Below, piece by piece: positions 23,801-39,679 of a stretch of 64,000 nucleotides of DNA. The notes beneath the pieces are model-generated. The model was not told the origin of the DNA. It worked only from the letters and a program-made list of their open reading frames with translations, and did no database searches. The stretch comes from Octopus sinensis (Eukaryota), in NCBI RefSeq assembly GCF_006345805.1, contig NC_042999.1, forward strand, positions 14,384,001 through 14,448,000, written 5' to 3'. The first letter of the stretch is position 1. Each line of letters starts with the position of its first letter. A program made the translations under genes and the position numbers.

Positions 23801-24540
23801 CACTTTGCCTTTCATCCTTTTGGGGTCGATAAATTAAGTACCAGTGAAACACTAGGGTCAGTGTAACCGACTAATCTCCTCCCACAAAATTTCAGGCCTA
23901 GTGCCTTTGGTAGAAAGGATTATTGTAATTATTCATTTGTCTTATTCATTTGTCTTATTCGTTTGTCTTATTCATTTTGCATGCCTTCACTGCACAACCA
24001 AACACAGATCTGATTGCCTTACTCCTAAGCTATACTTTGTTTAAGTATTGATATATTTACTGTATCAAAAGTACCCTACACAATATGTACGCAATGCCTA
24101 GAAGTGCTATTTTCGATACTTTAAGTATGTTTGTAAGTTCTGGTGTTGTGATTATTATTTTCATATTTCTTTTTTGTTTTTTTTCTGAAGCAAAATGAAC
24201 CATGGCCTAAAACTAGTAGCATCTTCTAATTACTGTGTACTTTTCTTTTAAGCAGGAGGAATTAACATTATTCTTGATGAACATACGTATCAATACCAAC
24301 AAAATTCTTAATACACACACACACTAAACTGTACATAAATACATAAATACATGTATACATAAATACATAGATATATCTATTTATGCATACATATATATAA
24401 ATATGTATGTATATTTAAAATACATATACATACATTTAAATGCACATATATATGTAAATAAAATTTAAGTATGTAGGTAGGTATATGTATATTTAAAATA
24501 ATTGAGTATATATATATTTACACACGCACATATATTTTAA

Positions 24541-24571
<31 letters not shown>

Positions 24572-24607
24572 CGTACCTACATACATACATAGATATATCT
24601 ATGTGTC

Positions 24608-24662
<55 letters not shown>

Positions 24663-25064
24663 CTAATTTATGATTGTAGAAGGAGAAAAAAAAATTCAAT
24701 CTAAATCCTCTCATTACTACTTTTAACTCTTTCAAGCTCTGATTATATATGTAAGCTCATTTAATTTCATCTAGTGCAAACAACCTATATTAAAATAACT
24801 ATATCCTGTATTCTTTTGCACATTTTAGTCTACAACATGTGTGTGCATGAGTATGTGTGTGTGTGTGCTTATCTTTATGTGTTAAATCTAATGTAAATTT
24901 CTATGAGTTCATTTGGTAAATGTGTGAATTTTGGAAACGTTTCTTTCAGTCGTTTAGGTAATCTTTAACTAGTACCAAGTTGCGAGTATTTGTGGTTGTG
25001 AGAAAAGTAAAGTCTGCTATGCTGCAAACTTTATTTCTTCAATAGTTCAATATTGATTTGAAGA

Positions 25065-25226
25065 GGTATCTTTCAAAATTCATCTTAATGCTTATATATA
25101 TATATATCTTAATGCTTATGTATATTTATATATATATATATATACATACATACATAAGTATTAAGAGATATATATACATAAGTATTAAGATATATATATA
25201 TGTATCTTTCAAAATTCATCTTACTT

Positions 25227-25276
<50 letters not shown>

Positions 25277-25348
25277 CATAAGTATTAAGAGATATATATA
25301 CATAAGTATTAAGATATATATATGTATCTTTCAAAATTCATCTTACTT

Positions 25349-25387
<39 letters not shown>

Positions 25388-25478
25388 TATATATATATAC
25401 ATACATACATAAGTATTAAGAGATATATATACATAAGTATAAATATATATATATTATCTTTCAAAATTCATCTTACTT

Positions 25479-25514
<36 letters not shown>

Positions 25515-26384
25515 CATACATAAGTATTAAGAGATATATATACATAAGTTTTAAGATATATATATATGTATCTTTCAAAATTCTCTTACTTCTTATATAT
25601 ATATATATCTATATATATATACATACATACATAAGTATAAGAGATAATATAATAAGTATTAAGATACTATATATATGTATCTTTCAAAATTCATCTTACT
25701 TCTTATATATATATTATATATTATTATACATACATACATAAGTATTAAGAAGATATAGATACATAAGTATTAAGATAATATATATGTATCTTTCAAAATT
25801 CCATCTTACTCTTATATATATATATATATATATAATATAATAATATACATACATACATAAGTATAAGAGATATATTACATAAGTATAAGATATATATATA
25901 GTATCTTTCAAAATTCATCTTACTTCTATATATATATATATATATATAGATATATATATATATCTACATACATACATAAGTATTAAGAGATATATATACA
26001 TAAGTATTAAGTATATATATATGTATCTTTCAAAATTCATCTTACTTCTTATATATATTATATATATATATACATACATACATAGTATTAGGAGATATAT
26101 ATACATAAGTATTAAGATATATATATATGTATCTTTCAAAATTCATCTTACTTCTTATATAATATATATTATATAATACATACATAAGTATTAAGAGATA
26201 TATATACATAAGTATTAAGATATATATATATATGTATCTTCAAAATTCATCTTACTTCTTATATATATTATATATATATATATATATATAGATATATAAC
26301 ATACATACATAAGTATTAAGAGATATATATACATAAGTATTTATAAGATATATATTATGGATCTTTCAAAATTCATCTTACTTA

Positions 26385-26430
<46 letters not shown>

Positions 26431-26715
26431 CATACATAAGTATTAAGAGATATATATACATAAGTATTAAGATATATATATATGTATCTTTCAAAATCAT
26501 CTTACTTCTTATATATATATATATATATACATACATACATAAGTATATTAAGAGATATATATACATAAGTATTAAGATATATATATATGTATCTTTCAAA
26601 ATTCATCTTACTTCTTATATTATATATATATATATACATACATACATAAGTATTAAGAGATATATATACATAAGTATTAGATATATATATAGTATCTTTC
26701 AAAATTCATCTTACT

Positions 26716-26746
<31 letters not shown>

Positions 26747-27280
26747 GATATATATACATACATACATAAGTATTAAGAGATATATACATAAGTATTAAGA
26801 TATATATATATGTATCTTCAAAATTCATCTTACTCTTATATATATAATAATATATATATATATTATATATATACATACATAACTACATTAAGATTAATAT
26901 ATACATAAGTATTAAGAGATATATTATGTATCTTTCAAAATTCATCTTACTTCTTATATATATATATATATATATACATACATACATAAGTATTAAGAGA
27001 TATATATAATAAGTATTAGATATATATATATATGTATCTTTCAAAATTCATCTTACTTTTATATATATATAATATACATACATAAAAAGTATTAAGAGAT
27101 ATAATACATAAGTATAAGTATATATATATGTATCTTTCAAAATTCATCTTACTTCTTATATATATATATATATAATAGATATATATATATTATACATCAA
27201 TACATAAGTATTAAGAGATATATATACATAAGTATTAAGATATACATATATGTATCTTTCAAAATTCATCTTACTTCTTA

Positions 27281-27315
<35 letters not shown>
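25065..27315. repeat. Composite minisatellite, ~20 units of ~100-130 bp
   Basis: Unit: gtatctttcaaaattcatcttacttctta-(TA)n-(CATA)n-agtattaagagatatatatacataagtattaagatatatatatat; 20 occurrences of the ctttcaaaatt core counted by eye. Confidence 0.95.
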
Positions 27316-27317
<2 letters not shown>

Positions 27318-28085
27318 TGATAAAAAAAAACAGATAAAAAGACATGGAAAAAAAACGGCATGAGGACATGGTACATGCAAAGTATTAATAAGATGCTCAG
27401 AGTGTGTGTGTTGTGTGGTGTGTAAAAATGTATAAACTCACATATATTTGGGTTTTCAGATAATGTTTTTTTCTACCTGTGTTAATCTTTTCTCATGAAA
27501 AATAATTTTCCTCATAGGAATAAATTTTACCTCTTTTCAGACATAGACCAATGAAATGTAATGTTGGAAAAAATGTATGAATTTATGTGACAACCCACCA
27601 TGTACATGTGTGTGTGTGTGTATTTGTATATATATATATATATAGTAAGAAGAGGGATATAATATCCAGGCAGATACTGAATTTCTCTATGTAAAATGCC
27701 AAGTCTGGTTCCTTCAAAATACTTTTTAATGGTAAACTTCTTTTAACTCTCATCTGAAGATACAGTATTTCTTGGTTACTTAGAGTGTAAAGTACAGGAT
27801 TGTAAATAATGAGATGGAATCAAATTCTTCATTCATAATGGTAGTACTCCAGCATGACCACAGTTCTTGAGCTGAAACTAAGTAAAGTGTTATATATATA
27901 TATATAATTTTTTTTTTTTCGTAATGAGATAAAAAAACCAAGGCTGAGTAGATTTTAGAACATTTATAAATAGGTCTTACAGCTGTTTCCAGGATATTTA
28001 TTATATCCCTTCATTGGAGACGGTGTGAGAAGATGGTTAAGTAATAGTTAATTTAGATAGGATACAATATATATATCTATATATC

Positions 28086-28117
<32 letters not shown>

Positions 28118-28204
28118 ATATATATTTAAATAATAATTTATGTATTGGGCATATACCACCATGACTAGTCCTGAGATGAAAAATGGAGTGGTTTCTCCAT
28201 TACT

Positions 28205-28502
28205 TTCTCCTGGAAAAAGCACTATCCAAACGTGGCCGATGCCAGCGCCGCCTTGACTGGCTTCTGTGCCGGTGGCACGTAAAAAACCAACTGATCATGG
28301 CCGCTGCCAGCCTCCCTTGGCACGTTAAAAGCACACTCTACACTCATGGAGTGGTTGGTATTAGAAAGGGCATCCAGCTGTAGAAACACTGCCAGATCAA
28401 ACTGGAGCCTGGTGCAGCCTCCTGGCTTCCCAGACCCTGGTTGAACCATCCAACCCATGCTAGCACGGAAAACGGACATTAAACGATGATGGTGATGATG
28501 AT
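28205..28502 (+). mobile_element. SINE family C
   Basis: Internal repeat units, family C tail and gatgatggtgatgatgat. Confidence 0.85.
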
Positions 28503-29169
28503 AATAGTCTTTAAAATGTAGTATCCAAACCTTGTTTGGGTATGCCCCTAGTAGTGTCCTTTGAGAGCATGTTCACCACTTATACCAACCAGGCATCATC
28601 TGCAGTACTACACTTTAGTTGCAGGATCTGCATAAGGAATTCCATTCCTTGGTGCATGTTTAGTATATTTTGTGTATACGTGTGTTTGCGTGTGTGTACT
28701 AATATCATTGTTTTCTTTTTGTTTCTCTTCCTAACCTCTATAGTCAGGTCTTATCAATTCATTAAACTGGACATGACCTCATTTCCAACCTGTAGATAGG
28801 GTGACCCAGTTTTCTGGTTTTTGTACCCAAGATCTTAGAATACTATTCCTATTGATCTGAGACTGTCTACTCTAATTAATAAATTACATTATTCTATGTT
28901 TCCTACTCATCTGCTTCAATAATCAATGATATCGGTCACCGTTTTTCTATTCACTGGCAACTCAAATGCATTCTTCATATAAACATGCTAGTTTTCAGTA
29001 TTTCTTTGAAATCCAAGTTTTAATGATTTTTCTTCTTTTCTTTAAGAGGAAAGCGAAGGGAAATTATGTTCATGTTTGTGTTTTCAAGTGATGTGTTGTT
29101 TCCACCTGGAATTGAAACTGGGTTGCTATTTTGGCATACCATGAAAACACAACCATGCAATTCTACTTA

Positions 29170-29491
29170 TATTGTTATATATCTTTGTGTGCATATATAT
29201 ATATATATATATGTATGTATGTGTATATATATATATATAAATATATACGTACATATATATATATACACACACACACACATATGTGTATGTATGTGTTCCT
29301 TATATATGCGTATGTAAGTCTGTATATGTGTGTGTATATATGTGTATATGTGTGTCTGTATATATCTGTATGTATGTGTTTATATGTATGCATCAGTATG
29401 TGTGTATATATATATATATAAAAACATATATATATACATATATATGTGTGTGTATGTGTATGTGTGTATATATATATATGTATGTATGTAT

Positions 29492-29578
<87 letters not shown>

Positions 29579-30280
29579 CACTATTCAAATATTCTATGTC
29601 TGCTGAATATCTTACTAAATTATGGAAGATAGTGCCTTGTAGAACATTATTGCATGATGCAGGCATTGTCATTTTGTTCTTGGAAGAATGATATATTACA
29701 CATTTATCAATTCCTACATTGCATTGCATACATACATAAGTATATATTTGTATGTAAATACATACAGAGATACATTGATATGTAAATACACACTTATGAT
29801 GTATTTATATTTATACACAAATATATATTTGTATGCATATACAATTATATTTGTGTGTGTGTGTATATATATATGTATTTATGTATATATATATATATAC
29901 ACACGCATATATATACATACGCAACTATATCTATGTGTGTGTATATATATATACGCATACAAAAGTATACATTTGTATGTAAATACATAGATATATTTGT
30001 AAGCATATATATGCATAAATATATTTGTGTGTATACAGATGCAAAAGTATATATTTGTACATACATACATATAGATCTATTTTCATGCATAGACATACAT
30101 ACACACACACACACACATATACACACCCATATACATACACATATACACACACACACATATATATATACATACATACACATATACACATACACATATACAT
30201 AGACATATACACACGCACACATATATAAATATACTTAGACATATACATATATATATATATGTATATCCATATATCTGTAT
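29170..30280. repeat. (TA)n/(TG)n/(CA)n low-complexity field
   Basis: Direct inspection. Confidence 0.9.
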
Positions 30281-31140
30281 CTATAATTTTTCTTTTAGCA
30301 TAATCTTTTGACCAAAACTATTTTTGTCTAACTCAAGCCTTCATGACATTCCACAGACCATCACAAGAACTTCGCACAGTTCACCAACAGCTCACATCAC
30401 TAATGCTTGTCAACAAGGCACCAACCAAGCTATCCAGAAATTTATCATTGATTTTTCAAACTAGTCTACTTCCCAAATTCAAAAATTTTACATGTTCCCT
30501 CAATATTTCTTGAGGTGCTAACATTCTACTTCACTTGCTTAGCATGATGTCAGTCAGTTGCTGTAACACCTCATCAATATTCACATTTTATTTTTAATTT
30601 TTTTGCTTTATTTTATTTTAATTTCTTTGAATACTTTTCCAAGTAATTATTCAGTTATGTTTGATGTTTCCTTAAATCCCATTGATGTTTCTTGTATGAT
30701 TGTATTGTGTATTTCTATGAATGGTAGCGTATTGCATCTGTACACTTTACAATGAATTACAGCAGAATCTACCACAGCAAACGGTGCCGTTTCATTTGTG
30801 AAATGTCTCAACTCCACTGAATGCTTTATTCTTTTATCTTTTCTCTTTTAATCATTGGACTGCGGCCATGCTGGGGCACAGCTTTCAATGGTTTTAGTCA
30901 AACAAGCCAACCCCATTACGTATGCTTTATTTTTTTTTTAAGTTTGGTATTTATTCTATTAGTGTATTTTGCTAAACTGTTAAGTTGTGGGGGACATAAA
31001 CAAACCAACACTGGTTGTCAAGCGGTGGGATGAAGTGGGATTCTGACAAACACAGACGCAAAGACATACACACCCCACCATATATTTAAGATGCGCATTA
31101 AAGGATGATGATAATATGTACTATATACATACATATAAAT

Positions 31141-31173
<33 letters not shown>

Positions 31174-31191
31174 CACAACACATATAGAAAT

Positions 31192-31222
<31 letters not shown>

Positions 31223-32187
31223 TGTATAGGCACAGACATGGTTGTGCAGTAAGGAGCTTGCTTCTTAACCACATGGTTTCAGGTTCAGTGCCACTGCATG
31301 GTACCTTGTGAGTGGATTTGGTAGATGGAAACTGAAAGAAGCCCGTTGTATATATGTGTGTGTATGTATATATATATATATATAAATATAAATATATATA
31401 CATATCAGCGGTGGTGCCCCAGCATGGCCGTGACCTTCGGGCTAAAACATTTTTAAGGATTTAAGGATATATATATGCTGTTATGTAGTATATATATATA
31501 TATATATTTACATACATACACACACTTAATGGGTTCCACACAGTTTCCACCTACCAAATTTACTCACAAGGCATTAGCTGGGCTGAGGCTGTATGGCTGT
31601 GGCTGTTATAGAAGACACTTGCCCAAGGTACCATGCAATGAAATTAAACCCACAACCACACACTTGCAAAGTGAGTTTCTTAACTACACAACCATGACAA
31701 GATTCATTTTGAAATTATTTCAAAAGCTGAAAACTGCTGTAGGCATTTCATTTTGTTTCCGCTCATTTTATTTTACATCGCTTCAGTTTATTTAATTATC
31801 AGGATTAAGTACCCAATTCTTTAGGAATATTGACTGAAACAGATCATTATCCTGCCCAGAGGAAGAACTATCTCTCATCCACTTCACTTTATGAAATTGG
31901 AGAACTGAGATTCAAAAGCACCTTCAGGGAGCAGGAAAAAGGAATTAGTAATAAGGTTGTATGGTATCAAACTGATCCACGAGTGGCTTGATGGTTTTCA
32001 ATTGGCTTTCAGTTAGTTTAAATCCTTTTGGGATCATTTAAATATGTATCTTCAGTAAAGTGGGTTATAATGGACAACCTGTTATGATTGACATGCAGAG
32101 TGTGAGAAGAGCTTGGCCAAGATCCATGAAAAGCTGAAATTATTTAGGTTTCTATGGGACCCATGCCAGAAGATATAACCAAATATC

Positions 32188-32585
32188 TTATCTTTTACTT
32201 GTTTCAGTCATTTGACTGTGGCCATGCTGGAACATAACTTTGAAGAATTTATTTTTAGAATTGAGCCCAGTACTAATTTTTGCTTATATTTTAGCCTGGT
32301 ACTTATACTAATGGTCTCTTGTGCTGAACCGCTAAGTTACAGGAACATAAACACACCAACACCAGTATGTCAAGCAGTGGTGAGACAGAGAGATACACAG
32401 ACACACACACATATGTATATATACAATGGGCTTCTTTCAGTTTTCGTGTACCAGATCCACTCACACGGCTTTGGTCAGCCTGAGGCTATAGCAGAAGACA
32501 CTTGCCCAAGGTTTTACGCTGTGGATTGAACTTGGAACCATGTGGTTGGGAAGCAAGCTTCTTAACACACAGCCATGCCTCTGCC
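32188..32585 (-). mobile_element. SINE family A, full length
   Basis: Reverse complement of the family A tail, microsatellite and head. Confidence 0.85.
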
Positions 32586-33492
32586 TATTCCAAATATGAA
32601 AGTGAATGGATTTTTTTTTTTTTTTTGATAAATTAGTTAGGAAATGAAGAGCAGTACCCATGACATTTTTCAGGCCTGATAAGACTGGTATGATTGTTGT
32701 AGGTGGTGACAGCAATGGAGAATTTGTGTTTCCAGTGTTTTCTGTAAAAATAAAATGACAAGAGATTTGAAAGACAGATAGTGTCAAGAATCTAAAGAAA
32801 TATATACCAAGGTATGATCTTATGGCCTTATCTTTACATTTAGGATTTATTTTGCCAAGATAAGAAAAAAAGAGAGAGAGAAAGGAATTTTTAGGGGATT
32901 GAAGCAATACAGGGTTTCATTTGGAGTATAAATTTCATTAATTAATTAGATGCCTCTGGTGTTTGTAAAATAAATACTTGATGTAGTTCCCTATAGGCCA
33001 ATGAAGATGACAATGTATATAACCTCTCCATTCAGATATTCACTATATTGTGCTTGTATACTCACACACACACACACACATGTGCACACCCAAACATCCA
33101 TACGTCTCAGATTTTTAATTATAGTTGAAGGTTACAAGCTGTCTTACTCATACAAGACAATGCTGAATTGGTGCACTTATACATGCCAGCATCGAAAGAC
33201 AGGCATAAAAAGGATTGTATGTGTGTGTGGTGTGTGTGCTTGTGTATATATGAGTGTGTATAGGTTTGGTAATACAAGCAAGAAAATAGAACTCAAAACA
33301 TGAGTGTGTATATATATATATATAAATAAAATTTACAGTTACACAATGACTTTAGGGAGTTTTGTGCATTTTATGTGTGTGTAAAGAGAGAGATGTATAT
33401 ATACCCATATATGCATGCATATATACATATAGATGTAGGTATGTACATATATGTATGTATGTACGTACGCATATGTTTTATTTATTACGTTG

Positions 33493-33529
<37 letters not shown>

Positions 33530-33592
33530 GAGAGAGAGAGGTCAACGTTTGTGTGTGCTCGTGCATGTATATAGATATATGCACTTATATGT

Positions 33593-33646
<54 letters not shown>

Positions 33647-34432
33647 TACACAACCTTACAAGTACACATATATGGTATATACTGATCTAAAACATTAATG
33701 TGAAGAATAACCCACATTCATTGGTATACATACAGTCAAACATTCTTTTTATAAGAGAATAATTTATGTTGTGACTTGTAAAATGTGATAAGAACGACCA
33801 GAATGCCAAGTAAATTGCCAGCCTCACACACAAATTCTATGGGGATTTTATATAGATACATATACATACCTATATATCTATCTATTATATATATATATAA
33901 TATATATATATATAATATATATATATATATATTATATAGAGAGAGAGAGAGAGAGAGACACACATAGATGTAGATAGATATACGTACCTATATTATATAT
34001 ATATACTTTGCCAATTTGAATCTGAATAAACAAATGATTTTTGTCAACTTTTGTCACAGTAACAAAATGGTTTCGGTCAAAATTAGTACTGCTTTGTTAT
34101 GTTTTTAAGCAACCAATGTTCATGACTTTTCTTTCACTCAGTTGCGTATGCCATTGAAAGTAGGGACAATGACTCTGCGTTTGAAGTACTGCAGAGCATT
34201 TTAGAAAGGATAATTCATTCTACAAGCACACCTGTTTTTAACTTCTTTTTCCTTCCTCTTATTCCCCCCCCCCTCTTTTCAGTTTGGTTTCTACTATTTA
34301 TTCAAATTTCTAAATTTGAACAAACATCCACAAAACCAAATATAAATATACACACACACACACAAATATATATCTTTAGATACATATGCTCATATATCTA
34401 TATATATAAATACACATGCCTATCTCTTTCTT

Positions 34433-34471
<39 letters not shown>

Positions 34472-34482
34472 CTTTAGTTAAG

Positions 34483-34515
<33 letters not shown>

Positions 34516-34924
34516 GCACACTCACAAACACCAGTATGAATATGGATGTTAACTGATGATATGTATAGACACACTCACATATACCCACTCACATTTTATA
34601 TATAATATAGTATAATATAATATAAATAAATGGGAAAAGAGGAACATTTGAATCATGGGATTCTATTTTTCTAAATAAACATTTTGATCTTTACAATAGT
34701 CAGAACCTTTTATAACATGAGTCATGGCAATTATACTTACAATGTGATAATGCTAAAGACTTCACAAACTGTGATGTTTTTATAGTATAGAAAATGTGGA
34801 AATGAATCTTCCTGCTCATATATAGACACACACATGCATACAGATATGGACACGCATATAAAATGTTTCTCAACATTTCTATACACACACTTATATACAT
34901 ACATACATACATACATATCTATAT

Positions 34925-34962
<38 letters not shown>

Positions 34963-35532
34963 TGTATAATTATATATCAATAATTCACAAGATATTTTGT
35001 ATATAGAATTCTGTATGGCGTGTCTGATATGAAATGATCTGAGTTGTATTGTTGTTTTGTGTAGTTTGTGTAAATATTTCAAACAGGATTCATTCAGAAC
35101 ACATATAGTTAATGGAGGGCATATTCAATCTTTCTTTGAAAATATGGTTGCTGTTTAACCACAAAGCAAGCTGACCTACGATCAAAAACAATCCGTCAGT
35201 TACCATCCAGTTTATTTTAAAAAATATCATTTGTGGCTTTGAGATATTCTTTGTCTAGGGTTGCACTATCCATGGTGGGCTTTTTTTTTGTTTTCAAAGA
35301 CATGAAGGTGTTAAGTACAGCCCCATTGTGTGGAATCTTGGGGAAGTGGGTTCTGCTATAGCCCCAAGTTGAATAAAACCTTGTGTGTAGATTTGATAAA
35401 CAGAAACTGAAAGAAACGTATGTGCATGTTTGTATGTGTACACACACACACAAGTAAGCACATAAATGCAGAAGGTGGGAAAAAAATAGTACCTGAATAC
35501 CGAAAGTAGAGAAATATGCTTGTATTGTAAGA

Positions 35533-36300
35533 TGGCAAGCTGGCAGAAACATTAATATGCCAAGCGAAATGCTTAGTGGTATTTCATCTGCCATTACGTT
35601 CTGAGTTCAGATTTCACTGCGGTCAACTTTGCCTTTCATCCTTTCGGAGTCGATAAATTAAGTACCAGTTACGCACTGGGGTCGATATAATCGACTTAAT
35701 CCGTCTGTCTGTCCTTGTTTGTCTCCTCTGTGTTTAGCCGCTTGTGGGTAGTAAAGAAATAGGTATTTCATCTGTCTTTACGTTCTGAGTTCAACTTCCG
35801 GCACGGTCAATTTTGCCTTTCATCCTTTTGGGGTCAATAAATTAAATACCAGTTGCGTAGAGTAGAAAAGGATATATTTTCATCATTGTATAATGTCTGT
35901 TTTCCATGTTGGCATGGGTTGGATGGTTTGACAGAAGTTGGCCAGCTGGGAGCTATCAAGACTCCACTTGTCTGTTGTGGCATGGTTTCTATGCCTGGAT
36001 GCCCTTCCTAATGCCAACCACTAATCAGTGTGTTGGGTGCTTTTTACGTGCCACTGGCACAGGTGCATTTATGCAGCATTGAGATGAGTGCACTTTATGT
36101 GGCACCAGGACATTATTATTATTCTTTTCTACTCTAGGCACAGGGCCCGAAATTTTTAGGGAGGAGGCCAGTCAATTAGAGGAGGTCAGTACGCAACTGG
36201 TACTTAATTTATCGATCCCAAAAAGATGAAATATGAAGTTGACCACGGTGGAATTTGAACTCAGAATGTAACAACAGACGAAATACCACTTAGCATTTCA
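35533..36300. mobile_element. SINE cluster: B dimer (+, 35533-35860), C (-, 35890-36110), B variant tail (-, 36118-36300)
   Basis: Family motifs; dimer junction aaatag|gtatttca at ~35762. Confidence 0.8.
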
Positions 36301-36960
36301 GACATTATTATTAAAATCAGTTTGATTCAGTCCCATACAATCCAAAGTTTTGCAGGCTTCTAACAGAAATCCAGCTCGATCAGGCCCAGATCACCGATTC
36401 ATTAATCACACAGCCACTAAATGAAGAATTTGCTAAAATGATTTTCGTGGAGGACTAGTCCATTTCATCGTCCCCTGCCATACTTCACTGGTTTTTATTT
36501 CCTTTATCTCAAAAGGATAAAAGGCAGCATTGACCAGCAGTGGGATTTGAACTCAAATGCTGCAAGGCATTCTGTCCTATGTGCTAACGGTTCTGCCAGC
36601 TCACAGCCTTATATCCTAAGAAATATCCAAAAATGACTTACTGAGCTAAGAAAATGGTGAAGGGAAGAAAAAAAAGCAAAGCAAGTTCAAAGTATATTTA
36701 TAGGTGTTGTAATATTTTTGTGTACTGAAGCAAGTATAATTGGAAAAGGATGGGAAAGTGGGGGGTATTATAGCTTGATGATCTTCTTATAACTGATTAT
36801 ATTATATATTTATATTATATGAAGGATGTTTATAACTGTATTCCCAATGTTACGCTGTCACAGTAATAGATTTTGTCTTTTTATGAATGGTTTTTATAGT
36901 ACTAAAACATCAAAGATGATGGTTTCACTTGTATAGACACATTTTATGTCAGTCATCAAG

Positions 36961-37232
36961 AAGGTAAAGATGATGGGGATGATGGTGGTAACGATACTGG
37001 TGGTGATGGTTGTCGTCTTGATGGTGGTGATGGCGATGATGATGATGGTGGTGGTGGTGGTGGTGATGGCAGTGGTGATGATGATGGTGGTGGTGATGGT
37101 GATGATGGTGGTGGTGATGATGATGATGGTGATTATGGTGGTGGTGGCAGTGGTGATGGTGGTGGTAGTGGTGATGATGGTGGTGGTGGTGGTGAGGATG
37201 GTGGTAGTGGTGTTGGTGATGATGATGATGAT
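36961..37232. repeat. (GGT/GAT)n trinucleotide repeat
   Basis: Direct inspection. Confidence 0.95.
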
Positions 37233-37734
37233 AATATTCACCTAACTCATTCTTCAGTCCTCATCTGATCCTTTCTTTTTTGTTAGTGATGGTGAAGTAT
37301 GTTTGCATATACGTTTGTGGATTTATGTGTGTGTGTGCGTGCAATGTCTGTCTGTCCCTCTCCGTCTCATCCCATTCATCTATTTTCCCTCTTGGTGGCT
37401 TGATATGTGAGATACCATACTGCAATTCCTACTACACCACCACCCACCTCCATTTGTCTTGTGTACATTGCTAGGTAATTGGTGAAACACACACACACAC
37501 ACTTGTATATATCTAATACAGACATATGTTTCTCTCTCGCCCACTTTCTCTTTCTGTTCCTACATACTCACATGTACATGAATATATATATATATATATA
37601 TATATATTACACACACACACACACATACATGTGTACATTACTCTCTCTCCTCACACACGTGGGTATATCCATCTATCCATGTACATCTATGTGTATACAT
37701 ATATCCAGGTACATGTGTATGTCTGTGTAAAGAT

Positions 37735-38027
37735 TATATGAATATACATATGTGTGTGTGTATGTATGAACATATATATATATATGTATATATATATATG
37801 TATATATATATATGTATATATATATGTGTATATATATATTATATATATATGTATGTGTGTATATATATATGTATATATATGTATGATTATATATATATGT
37901 ATATCTATATATATATATGTATATATATATATATGTATATATATATATGTATGTATATATATATATATATATATATATAAATGTATATGTATATATATAT
38001 ATATATATATAAATGTATATATATATG

Positions 38028-38069
<42 letters not shown>

Positions 38070-38326
38070 ATATATAAATGTAATATATATGTATATATAT
38101 ATATATATAATATATATATATATATAAATGTATATATATATGTATGTTATATATATATATATATATTATATATATATATATATAAAGTATATATATATGT
38201 ATATATATATATATATATATGATTATATATATATATTATATATATATATATAATATGTATGCTATGTATATATAATATGTATGTATATATGTAATATATA
38301 TGTATGTATATATGTATATATATATG

Positions 38327-38388
<62 letters not shown>
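37735..38388. repeat. Long interrupted (TA)n/(TATG)n microsatellite
   Basis: Direct inspection. Confidence 0.95.
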
Positions 38389-38390
<2 letters not shown>

Positions 38391-39272
38391 ATGTTATCCC
38401 AGATCTGTCCCATTCACAAGAGTCTGTAATGCTAACATCCAGGCAATGAAACTAATGAAAGCTACTGAGTCAGTAAAAATGTTATCAGTATGTCACATGT
38501 GGAGAGGAAGAAAATTGCTTTGAAAACAACAACATTGCAAAAACACTAACTGCACCAATATTGCCACTATTTCTACAGACATCCATTACCGAGCAATTCA
38601 AATATCCATCAAACATTACACCCTACCAAAATACAAAAAAAAAAAAAAAGGAAAAATACCCACATTGAACGAATCAGAAATAAGGGAAGAGATGGGAACA
38701 GAGAAAGAGAGAAAGAGAGAGAGAGAAAACGTATAGGAATATTGCACAGTGTTGTCTTTGATATAATAGGGAAAAAGATGAAATGGTCATGGCTGGAAAA
38801 CCTTTGATCATAGGTTTCTGTATCAGGTTTGACCTTGGACTAAACAACATTGAGATATGGCTTGTTGGTTCAGAAGTTTACTTCCCTATCATACAGTTTC
38901 AGGTTCAGCTCCCGCTTCTGGGTACCTTTGGCAAGTGTTTTCTATTCTAAACCCAGACTATCCAAAACTGGATTTTGTAGATAGAAATTCAAAGAAGGCT
39001 TTCATACACACATGCACACATGAGTGGAGGCTGAAAAATTCTTAGCTTTGGGTAAAAGAAAATACTGGATCATCAGTTAAATATGATTTTATTCAGCATA
39101 TTCCCCTCTTAGATTCACACACTTATTGCAGCAGTTCTTCAGTTTTTCTAAGCTCTATAGAAGAACTTGAGAGGTTGGGAACCTTTTAGTAACCCCTTGT
39201 ATGTGTGTATATATATATATATATATAAACAACAAATTCTGAGAGATTGCTTATAAGATATTCAATTACATC

Positions 39273-39679
39273 ATAGGAGTGGCTGAGTGGTAAGTAGCTT
39301 GCTTACGAACCACATGGTTCCGGGTTCAGTCCCACTGTGTGGTACCTTGGGCAAGTGTCTTCTACGATAGCCTCAGGTCAACCAAAGCCTTGTGATTGGA
39401 TTTGGTTGACAGAAGCCTGTCATATATATGTGTGTATATATATAATATATACACATGTATGTGCGTGTGTATGTATGTTTGTGTGTCTGTGTTTGTCCCC
39501 CCCAACATCATTTGACAACTGATGCTGGTGTGTTTACGTCCCTATAACTTAGCGGTTTGGCAAAAGAGACTGATAGAATAAGTACTAGGCTTACAAACAA
39601 TAAGTCCTGGGGGCGATTTGGTCGCCTAAAGGTGGTGCTCCAGCATGGCCACAGTCAAATGACTGAAACAAGTAAAAGA
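39273..39679 (+). mobile_element. SINE family A, full length
   Basis: Head, core, microsatellite and tail as in 53677-54091. Confidence 0.9.

Noticed and set aside
25065-27315. CRISPR-like repeat/spacer appearance
   Set aside because: The spacers are (TA)n microsatellite rather than unique sequence, the context is eukaryotic, and there are no cas genes.
31820-32130. Several short open frames with plausible splice sites on both strands
   Set aside because: Mutually incompatible candidates and no recognisable motif. The same applies to 6700-6950, 7430-7500, 46900-46960 and 54100-54620.
36894-37245. Poly-Thr/Ile and poly-Val/Met ORFs
   Set aside because: Simple (GGT/GAT)n repeat with no flanking coding signal.
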